The notes under the pieces are model-generated. The model was not told the DNA's origin. It ran no database searches and saw only the letters and a program-made list of their open reading frames with translations. A DNA stretch of 64,000 bases, taken from Verrucomicrobiales bacterium. GTDB taxonomy: Bacteria > Verrucomicrobiota > Verrucomicrobiia > Verrucomicrobiales > SLCJ01. The DNA lies in contig JBJTQJ010000031.1 of assembly GCA_046075565.1 (NCBI GenBank), positions 29,493-93,492 of the forward strand, in the 5' to 3' direction. Both the position numbers and the translations under genes were made by a program. This document shows positions 20,901 to 28,465 of this stretch, piece by piece; the stretch's first letter is position 1, and every line of letters starts with the position of its first letter.

Positions 20901-23900
20901 TTCCGTCATGGCTGCCGCGCACCCGCATCCGGACCGGTGCTTCTTGCTCGGTATCGGGAGAGCTAAGGGCGACGGATTCCACGGCCCGGAGTTCCTTCAT
21001 GTCGATGGTCAGGGACTTCGGGGCGCTGCCATCCGGTTCACTGCGCCAGAAGGTCTTCGGGTCATGGTCGATGGCCATCAAGGCATTGTGATCGAGCGCG
21101 GAATCGGTGGCCTTCGCGCCGGCAGGTAGTTCACCGGTGGCGACCGTGCCTTGGAAGACCCCGCCGTGTGCGGAGGACTCCGCGATTTCCACCTGCACTT
21201 CGTCGCCACTGGCCGAAGTCAGTTTGATTCCCACCTTGTCCGGGGCATTGGTCAGGTCGCGATCGCCATCCTTGGCCTGGATATAAATCAGATTGCCCGG
21301 CTTCACTTGGTCCTTCGGGCGCGCGACCGAACGGGAGACGGGCACTTCGGGTTGTGCGATTTCCTCTTTGAGATTTTCGGTGAAGGTCTTTTTGTCCTCG
21401 TCGACGATCTCGCTGCTGGCCACGTCCAGGCTGCCATCGGAAGCGACACGAAGGCGGGTGTTGCTGAGGAATTCGAACTGGAACTGCTTTTTGAAGTCCT
21501 CGGGGTAATCGACGACGATGGTATCACCGCCGGTGAGCTGAAGGGTGCCATCACCTGCTTCCGCCACGCCAAGCAGGGTGGGAACTTCAGTGAGGAATAT
21601 CCCTCTACCCGCACCTCCACTTGTTAGGAATGACTCCTCGCGATCATCGCCCGGTTCGGTGCGGATGAGCACGGGGATGCGGGTGTTGCCATGGCTGATG
21701 CCGAGGTCCGGGTCCTGAACAATCACCGAGAGAGCAGTGCCGGGCGTATGCCAGACGTTCGATTCATGACCAAGGCGGCCGACGGTGCGGAGGGTTTCCA
21801 GTTGGGCGAGGAAGCGTTGTTCGATGCCGTAAACCTCCGCGAGATTGAACAAGGTTTCGTTGGCGAGGTCGGCGTCCGGCGAGTTTTCCAAGACAGAAAG
21901 GAAAATACGGCGCGATTCCTGATGCTGGTCCTGGCGCAGGGCGACCACACCCAGCATGAACTTCGCGCGAATGGAAATGGATGGCAGCGGGTTCTCCGAA
22001 AGGTCGGTGAAAATTTCCGCCGCTTGTTCATAGACCTTCTGGGCCATGAAGGTTTCGCCGATACCAAAGCGGGCTTGTATCGCCTCGGGCTGGTCCTTGT
22101 AAAGATTGAGCACGGTGGTGAACTCCGCCCGTGCGATGTCATACTGTCCGGCTTGCTGATAGTTGCGGGCGAGGAGCAACTGGATGCGTGCCTTGTCCCT
22201 GATGTCGGTATTCTGGGCCTCACCGAACTTGAGCAACCACCCGCGCAGGATGTCTTCGGCCCGCTCGTGTTCTCCGGCGCCTCCCTTGTTGATATGGGTT
22301 TCGGCCGCGAAAAGAATCAACTCGACGGGGAGCTCGTTGCGGTGGGCGTCGAAGAGGGCGCGTTGACTTTGATAAGCACGTTCGGCCAGTTCCGTTTCGC
22401 CGAGCCGAAGGTGGAGCACGACTTGCAGGAGCGGGGCGAGCGGGCTGTCGCTGGGGATGTCGGCGCCCAAACCACCCGCCATGCTGTAGGCCTTGCGCAG
22501 CAGCGCGCGGGCGTCGTTCTTTTCAGCCTCGCCGACGGCACCGATGGAGTTGAGCAAACCATTGAGGATGGCGGCGGCGAGCGAAGGATCATTTTTTGCC
22601 AGAGCGGACTGTGCGAACGGATACAGCCGCTTCCATGACTCGTGGTGGGGATCCGCCATGAGGATCAACCTTTGCACGTTGAGCAAGCGGTCGATGGTGC
22701 GGGGTTCCTTGTCCATCAGCTCCATGCCGGCTTCCGCGCTCAGGCGTCCCATCTTGAGATCGCGGACAATGCGGAAGACGCGCGCCTTTTTTTCGTCCGG
22801 CAAATCCTTGGAGCCGCGCGCGGCTTCGAGCCAGCCGCGCGCCGGCCACTCGCCCATGTTCCATGGACTGAAGGGAGATTGATCGGCCCGGGTGCGGGCG
22901 CTTTTCAGAATGGGTTCCATGCCATCGATATCCCCGCTGCGGAACGCGATGTTGGCGACTTCAGCGGCATAGGCGGCGTTGTGGCGTTGCTTTGCCTCGT
23001 AGCGGGATTTGAGGAAACTTGCCGCTTCTTCGGGCTTGAGGGTCGCGGCGACGCGGAGAGCACAAGAGACGGACTCTCCATCCATGGGATCCAAATCCAT
23101 ACGCGAGCGCCACCATGCGACCGCTTCCGTCTTCATGCCCAGTTCGCTCATGATGTCACCGAGCCGTGCGGATTGCGATAGCGGCTGATCGCTTTCTTTG
23201 GAAGAAGCAGTGATCCAAGGAATGGCCTTGCGGGTGACGGCTTGATTCTTCGTGGCGCAGAGGCGGACCCAGTTGTCGGACGAGACATTCGCGGGAGGAA
23301 TTCCTAACAAATGATTCGCTGCGGCAACGCGCATCTCCGGGGTGGAATAGTCGGCGGCCTCAAGCCAGCGGGAAGCGGCCTCGGCATCTTTGGGCATCTC
23401 ACGGCAGAGGTTCTGATAGTGTTCCGCCGAGCCTTCCTTCGCTTTTCCGCCCAGATGGTGACGATAGACATAGGCGAGACGGGCCAGCAGCAGCCGGCGC
23501 TGCTCGGGTGTGGGGTTCGCTTGCAGAAGTTCCTTGCAGGATTGTCCGGCCTTCCCGCCATCTTCGCGGGTCTGACGCCAGAGCCGGGCGATGTTGTCAT
23601 TCTGATGCTCCCCACGGGCGGCTTGCCATTCGCGGTGGCGGTTCTTTTCGCTTGGCTCCGGTTTCCATAACCGCTCGTGGAATCCACGCACATGGGGGAA
23701 TGCCTTGGAACTGGCGACGATCGTCGCAAGATCCTGCCGGAAAGCTTCGTCGCTGGGTGCGGACTCGTAGAGAAACTTCACGATATCCTCGGTTCGACCC
23801 TCTTCCGGCGGTGATTTCAGATAAGCGGCCGCCGCCTCGCGGGCATTGGCCGTGTCCTTGAGGCGGTCACGATAAACATCCAGGGCCAACACGGCGCGGA

Positions 23901-25005
23901 GCTTTGATGTTTTGGTGGGACTGCCGGCGATCACCTTGAGCAAGCCCCTGGCCGCGCGCTGAGCATCCTCACCGCACCAATTGACATAAGCCTGGGGCAG
24001 ATCCTGGTTGTCTGGGTCGTTGAGCATCACCTCTTCGGCAAGGGCGAGGGCGAGCGAGCTTTCCTTGGCCTCGGCCGCTGTGTAGGCGGCGCGGGCAAGC
24101 TGCCCGTAGCGATCCTCGCGGCGGGGAAAAGCCGCCAGATACCGACGAGCCTCGGCTTCGATTTGCTTGGGCGCGATCTTCGCGGCGCCCATCGCGGAAA
24201 TGAGGCTTCGGTGGGCCTCATCCCGACCGGGACCAATTGCCTTGCGGAATGAGTCGACGGCATTTGCATGCTGGCCGAGTTGACTTTCAAATTGGCCGGC
24301 GAGGAAGGCAATCTCGCGTTGCTGCGCTTCATCAGCCGGTGCCTGGCGGCGGACGAGATTCTTGGCGATGACCAAGCCTTCCGCCCATTGCTCCGAACGC
24401 CGGGCGGATTTCATGCCTTGGATTCCGCATTCCGTCAGCGCTGCATCGGTTGAAAGTTTTTCCGTGAGTTCGATGGCCAGAGCAGTCGCTTGTTTCAGAG
24501 ACGCGGGGTTGTTGGCCACAATGAAGAGATCCAGCGCCTGAATGCCATGACGGGCGGCGCCACCGTTCTTCCAGATATCGCGGCGGAGGGACGCGGCCAT
24601 CGGACCGCGGGCGGTGCGTTCGCAGGCGGTGGCCAATCGATCGCGGGCCTCATTGGCCAGCGGGTCGTTGGGGAACATTTCCAGAAACTGCCTGCCGGTC
24701 GTGATGACATCCTCGTGGCGCGCGGTCGCGGCGAAGCCGTCCATGAGTTTGATGGTGGCCTCGGCGCGGCGGGGGTGGGCGGTCTGCGTGCGCGAGAACC
24801 TGCCGGCCGTGCGGATCAATCCGAAGGGTTGACCGTCCTGCCAATAGTGGTCCATGAGTTCCAGCATCATCCCGGCGGCGGCGGGCGAAATCTCGGCCGT
24901 CTCCTTAAGTCGGGCCTCAAGGTCAGCGGCCTTGTCGGCGGCTGCCGTGAAGGGCGTCCAACCTAACAGGAAGAGGGCAACCAACGATTGGGAGAAAGTT
25001 TTCAA
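17944..25005 (-). CDS. Giant secreted TPR protein (2353 aa) with discoidin/PA14-like and repeated beta-sandwich domains
   Basis: Signal peptide; TPR arrays at both ends (e.g. APDALYKLGQC, FVKRYP); AIDHDPKTFW discoidin-like motif; repeated DxDxD...G(V/I)F modules. Confidence 0.8.
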   Translation of the reverse strand: MKTFSQSLVALFLLGWTPFTAAADKAADLEARLKETAEISPAAAGMMLELMDHYWQDGQPFGLIRTAGRFSRTQTAHPRRAEATIKLMDGFAATARHEDVITTGRQFLEMFPNDPLANEARDRLATACERTARGPMAASLRRDIWKNGGAARHGIQALDLFIVANNPASLKQATALAIELTEKLSTDAALTECGIQGMKSARRSEQWAEGLVIAKNLVRRQAPADEAQQREIAFLAGQFESQLGQHANAVDSFRKAIGPGRDEAHRSLISAMGAAKIAPKQIEAEARRYLAAFPRREDRYGQLARAAYTAAEAKESSLALALAEEVMLNDPDNQDLPQAYVNWCGEDAQRAARGLLKVIAGSPTKTSKLRAVLALDVYRDRLKDTANAREAAAAYLKSPPEEGRTEDIVKFLYESAPSDEAFRQDLATIVASSKAFPHVRGFHERLWKPEPSEKNRHREWQAARGEHQNDNIARLWRQTREDGGKAGQSCKELLQANPTPEQRRLLLARLAYVYRHHLGGKAKEGSAEHYQNLCREMPKDAEAASRWLEAADYSTPEMRVAAANHLLGIPPANVSSDNWVRLCATKNQAVTRKAIPWITASSKESDQPLSQSARLGDIMSELGMKTEAVAWWRSRMDLDPMDGESVSCALRVAATLKPEEAASFLKSRYEAKQRHNAAYAAEVANIAFRSGDIDGMEPILKSARTRADQSPFSPWNMGEWPARGWLEAARGSKDLPDEKKARVFRIVRDLKMGRLSAEAGMELMDKEPRTIDRLLNVQRLILMADPHHESWKRLYPFAQSALAKNDPSLAAAILNGLLNSIGAVGEAEKNDARALLRKAYSMAGGLGADIPSDSPLAPLLQVVLHLRLGETELAERAYQSQRALFDAHRNELPVELILFAAETHINKGGAGEHERAEDILRGWLLKFGEAQNTDIRDKARIQLLLARNYQQAGQYDIARAEFTTVLNLYKDQPEAIQARFGIGETFMAQKVYEQAAEIFTDLSENPLPSISIRAKFMLGVVALRQDQHQESRRIFLSVLENSPDADLANETLFNLAEVYGIEQRFLAQLETLRTVGRLGHESNVWHTPGTALSVIVQDPDLGISHGNTRIPVLIRTEPGDDREESFLTSGGAGRGIFLTEVPTLLGVAEAGDGTLQLTGGDTIVVDYPEDFKKQFQFEFLSNTRLRVASDGSLDVASSEIVDEDKKTFTENLKEEIAQPEVPVSRSVARPKDQVKPGNLIYIQAKDGDRDLTNAPDKVGIKLTSASGDEVQVEIAESSAHGGVFQGTVATGELPAGAKATDSALDHNALMAIDHDPKTFWRSEPDGSAPKSLTIDMKELRAVESVALSSPDTEQEAPVRMRVRGSHDGRYWYLLDEFPPAPAEKRITFADKQMQLRIYKIPAKELRESYTWEQIAELVLKSEPTETRKVDGLAWQAPENNTDAHFLVWSGSFVQERDGAVRLGVTGAKSAIMLDGKLELPLGEDGRTVDVFLGRGSHELTIFSLATPATKAVEAQRARESRQSSAVKMLPFSAADFDVAAVLGLTEAAPQSSSGIKKEANTWSFSMPSRPLRFIDFEFLEYRGESIAVSNVQVEGGGKRHTPPAEDVLELAGNNILELAPGDTVTVSYLDEITAGGRQRNRLLTKDLTATYHNGTMVPITYGFNRAGDGSVQGSRKELLRFEPGERIVAEVTDFDLDIGLDRDSVEVEVQVNADAPIKLTAVETGPSTGVFTAEIETANAATEGKIAVKRGDKLYLRYTDRQNIFPGHASPREAVVLINEPTEAIIQIVESQKPFGGPPAFSPVMTTPAKDHVATVDYRLPLTIEVIDPDEAKNSRSEVSIDVTTTQGTKSRIRCFLSRDHAPPNATLDDAPNPALLEGRFVGRIPLMLGGIESPATVPVEGAAISATATALPGMRVLNVTGADTLTASYQDVSRPDGKEATLDAKATLRSAATLRITDSGYAEDVDTGYVGKKLFILLEDPDRDLSDQRDKAMVRIMTSSGEDETVELEETVSHSGIFSGAFPLIASSAPKPANFEGGIECFFGDALTVGYLDNVPHTEDGQTILKIEIPLAVGTDGQFSAFSKVFKDEELATQTRFHIAESYFELFKGQRKLDNEEESTAALNAGKRVLRELHEDHPDPKYKPRVSYLLGQFAQETKDWNDAIAAYGSIVSNYPEHNLAPDALYKLGQCHEEAGELDEALESYVTLAATYPKSPLIANVMLRINEHFYVKEDFAVAATVGIKFVERFPNHEWAPKMAFRIGQCHYKMDEFIKAGSAFDAFVKRYPEQELTAQALFWAGESYRMGKDIPNAFRRYNRCRWDFPESDAAKYSRGRLALPELLNQFDREANLNE

Positions 25006-27194
25006 AATCCTCCTTTCTTGAGGGCTTCGACAATCTTGGCGGCTTCCGCCGCGATCTCGCTTTCGGGGAAATCATGGATGAGTTGTTCGAAGCGCCTGCG
25101 GGCCTCCGGTTTGCGGTCGAGTTTGTAAAGGCAGCGGCCGTAGTTGAAGAGGATCACATCGAGGAAATTCGCATCGGGATGATCCGAGAGCACGTTTTCA
25201 AAAACATCGGTGGCACGCAGATAGTCTTCCTTCTGATAGTAGAACGCCGCCATCTTGGCGACCGCATCACCGATGCGCCCGGAATCCGGAAATTGCTCGT
25301 AAACCTTCTGGTAGGCGAGGAAGGCGCTTTCGTAAAGCTGAGCGGATTTGGAGGCCTCGGCCTTGGTTGCCATGGCCTCGTAGCACTCGCCGATGTGGAA
25401 TTGCGCTTCGCCGCGCAGCGGGCTGTTCGTCAGCTTGGTGATGCTCGTGTATAGGCTGATCGCCCGGATGTGGTTCTCGCGCTTCCGCTCGACATGGGCT
25501 TGCTGGAGCATCGCCTCGTCAACGAAACTGCTCGCCGGAAACTCGGCCAGCAGGCGTTGGCTCATTCCCAAAGCGAGGTCGAGTTTGTCCATCGCGAAAT
25601 AGATGCGCCAAAGCTGGACATAGGTTTCTTCCAGCGGTTTTCCGCCGGCTTTGCGGGCTTCACCGAGGATTTCCTCGCAGACGGCGAGTGCTTCCCCGTA
25701 TTTGAGATCGGCTTTGGCATTGAGGCCGAATTCCTTGTAGTGATTGCCGACTTCCGTAAGGGCGGATGCGGTGCGGATTCGGGTATTGAGCCTTAATTGC
25801 TCGTCGGAAATATCGGTCCGGGTGACCCTGACCTCGCCGAGATTGCCCTCGATGATGCCGGCTTGGGCGGTGCGAATTTGCGGGCTATCGGTCAGGTTTT
25901 TCTCATCGAGATAGACCAGACGCATGATTTCCCCGGGTTCACCGGCAAGGCTTCCATCGGCTGCGCCTGGGCGAAGGGGAAATGCTTGGCGAAAGACACC
26001 GGCTTGATCGGTTTCGCGCAGCACCACCGGGAAACTCCGCACCACCACCAGCGGGTCGATTCGATCCTTGAGCTGGCCGCCATCTGCGGCTTCGGCCAGT
26101 TCCCCGGCCGCCACCCGGCGGGCGATTTCCTCGTCGATTTCATCCGGAGTCTTGCGACGGAAAAACTGCGCTTCGGCATTGAGCGAATCAGCGCCCGGGC
26201 TGATGTCGTGATCGGCATCGATGACCTGGAGGTGAACCGGCTTGCCGAGAACAACCGCTTGGATCTCCTGTTGGTAGGAACCATCGAGAATGCGGGCGAT
26301 GCCATTGCCGAAAACCTCGACCGTCTTCAAGCGCTTCTTGTTGGTCGATTTGTCGGCAGCGTGGGCGTCGACATAGGTGACTTCCACAGAATCGCCGCCC
26401 CGGAGATCGAGAATGCCATTGCCCGGGGTGGCAGGTCCGAGCGTGGTGGCAATCGCACCGAGGGCGATCCGGGCATTGCGCCCGGCGAGATCGCAGGCCA
26501 CGATTTCCTCGTCGCCACTTTTCGTGAGGCAGCGGATTTTTATCTGCTCACCGGGCTGGAGAATGGCAAAATCGAGATCGTCGATCTTGATATACAACCG
26601 TTTGCCCGCTTCGAGTTTCTCGAGCTTTGCGTCCTCACCGGCCCGGGCGGTGCCGACTTTTTCGAGCGCCTCAATGGCGCGGCTGTAATGGCCGAGTTTG
26701 AAGTGGCCGAGGCCGATATAATAGTAGGCTTCATTGACGTGTGTCGAAGTGGGGAACCGCTCGATGACATCACGCATGATGGTGAAGCACTTGCCATAGT
26801 TGGCGGCCTCGTAATAGCAGGTGCCGGTATGCACAAAGGCGTAGGCGCGGCGTTCATCGTTGCCATTGGCTTCCACGGCGGCGGCTTCGTAGTGAAGACG
26901 GGCTTTGTCGTATTCGCGGAGTTCAAGACGCAAGTGATCGGCCAAGCGGAGATGTGCGTCGAAGCGGGTCTCACTGCCCGGGTAGCGTTCAATGACCGAC
27001 TCCCAGATCTCGAGAGCCTTTTCGTTCTCACCGACTTCGAGGCGCGCATCACCGGCCTGCAACAACTTGCGGGCGGCGCGATCCTCGATGATGGAGCCAC
27101 GTTCGGCTTTCTCCGCTTCCTGGGCGGGGAGGACGGCGGTCAGCGCGAGGATGATGGTCAGGACGCGGGCGGTTGGGAAAGCCATGAGGGTCAA
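25002..27194 (-). CDS. Secreted TPR protein with central beta-sandwich modules
   Basis: Signal peptide; TPRs (VIERYPGS, EAYYYIGLGHF, LIHDFPES); DxD modules shared with the giant protein. Confidence 0.8.
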   Translation of the reverse strand: MTLMAFPTARVLTIILALTAVLPAQEAEKAERGSIIEDRAARKLLQAGDARLEVGENEKALEIWESVIERYPGSETRFDAHLRLADHLRLELREYDKARLHYEAAAVEANGNDERRAYAFVHTGTCYYEAANYGKCFTIMRDVIERFPTSTHVNEAYYYIGLGHFKLGHYSRAIEALEKVGTARAGEDAKLEKLEAGKRLYIKIDDLDFAILQPGEQIKIRCLTKSGDEEIVACDLAGRNARIALGAIATTLGPATPGNGILDLRGGDSVEVTYVDAHAADKSTNKKRLKTVEVFGNGIARILDGSYQQEIQAVVLGKPVHLQVIDADHDISPGADSLNAEAQFFRRKTPDEIDEEIARRVAAGELAEAADGGQLKDRIDPLVVVRSFPVVLRETDQAGVFRQAFPLRPGAADGSLAGEPGEIMRLVYLDEKNLTDSPQIRTAQAGIIEGNLGEVRVTRTDISDEQLRLNTRIRTASALTEVGNHYKEFGLNAKADLKYGEALAVCEEILGEARKAGGKPLEETYVQLWRIYFAMDKLDLALGMSQRLLAEFPASSFVDEAMLQQAHVERKRENHIRAISLYTSITKLTNSPLRGEAQFHIGECYEAMATKAEASKSAQLYESAFLAYQKVYEQFPDSGRIGDAVAKMAAFYYQKEDYLRATDVFENVLSDHPDANFLDVILFNYGRCLYKLDRKPEARRRFEQLIHDFPESEIAAEAAKIVEALKKGGF

Positions 27195-28447
27195 GCAAGC
27201 AGTTCGTGAATCGGATTGGCTTCCTTGCGGACGAGGCGCATCGGCCGCCCCTGCGGAGTGATGATTTCCTTGGCGAGATCAATGCCGAGCGCTTTGCAGA
27301 TGGTGGCGTGGAGATCCGCCACGTTGACCGGACGTTCGGCTGGTTCCATGCCATCGGCATCGGAGGCACCGAGGATGCTGCCGCCTTTGATGCCGCCACC
27401 GGCCATCAGACAACTGAAGCAGCGCGCCCAGTGATCGCGACCCGCGGCCTCGTTGACCCGGGGCGTGCGGCCGAATTCGCTGAGGACCACGACGAGGGTT
27501 TTGTCCAGCATGCCATTTGCCTTGAGGTCGGAAAGCAGCGATGCGATTCCGGGATCCATGACCGCGCCGTGGGCGCGCATCGCTTCGAAGATATTGCCGT
27601 GGTTATCGAATCCTCCGCGGTTGATCTGCACAAACCGCACGCCTTTCTCCACCAAGCGGCGGGCGAGCAAGGCACCGCGCCCGAATTCCGTGTTGCCATA
27701 ACGTTCGATGGTTTGCGGATTTTCCTCCTCAAGTTCAAAGGCCTTGAGCGCCGGACTTTCCATCAGCGCGACCGCATCACGGAGGGCGATTTCGGAAGCC
27801 TTCATGGCGTCCGCTCCGGTGAGACCGGATGTGCGGGCATTCATGCGTTCGAGGATTTGCAGGCGCTGCATGCCGCGCGCGTGGTTGATCCCTTCGGGAA
27901 ACGCGAGATACGGATCCTTTTCGCCGGGGCGACCGACGAAGTAGGCTTCGCATTGTTGGCCGAGGTATCCGGAGCGGGCGGCTTGGCCGCTGATGCTGAC
28001 AAACGCGGGTAGATCGCCGAGCGGTTCGCGTTCATGCACGACAATCGATCCGAGTCCCGGGTGGAGGATGTTGGGTGATTGGGCGAAGCCTGTCTGCAAC
28101 TCGTATTGGGCGCGGCCGTGATCGCCATTGGTGCCGGCGATTGAACGGATCAGCGCGGCATGGTGCATTTGTTTGGCGAGCTGGGGAAAAATTTCCGAAA
28201 TTTCCATGCCATCGACCGAGGTTTTGATCGGCTGGAACTCACCTTGGACCGGACGCCCGGGTTTCGGGTCCCACGTATCGAGATGGCTCATGCCGCCGTC
28301 GTTCCAGAAAAGGATGACGTGCTCGGCCGTGGCCCTGCCAGTCCCCGCGCGGGCCAACAACCCGCTGATAGGCATACCCAGCAGCGACGCGCTGAACATC
28401 TTCAGCATACGGCGGCGGGTGGATTGGTAATCGGTGCAAGCGTTCAT
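27191..28447 (-). CDS. DUF1501 domain protein with a Tat signal
   Basis: TRRRMLK twin-arginine; GGMSHLDTWDPKP, LLARRLVEKGVRFV, SEFGRTP, GRDHW. Confidence 0.92.
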   Translation of the reverse strand: MNACTDYQSTRRRMLKMFSASLLGMPISGLLARAGTGRATAEHVILFWNDGGMSHLDTWDPKPGRPVQGEFQPIKTSVDGMEISEIFPQLAKQMHHAALIRSIAGTNGDHGRAQYELQTGFAQSPNILHPGLGSIVVHEREPLGDLPAFVSISGQAARSGYLGQQCEAYFVGRPGEKDPYLAFPEGINHARGMQRLQILERMNARTSGLTGADAMKASEIALRDAVALMESPALKAFELEEENPQTIERYGNTEFGRGALLARRLVEKGVRFVQINRGGFDNHGNIFEAMRAHGAVMDPGIASLLSDLKANGMLDKTLVVVLSEFGRTPRVNEAAGRDHWARCFSCLMAGGGIKGGSILGASDADGMEPAERPVNVADLHATICKALGIDLAKEIITPQGRPMRLVRKEANPIHELLA

Positions 28448-28465
28448 GATTGTGCGAATTCGGGT

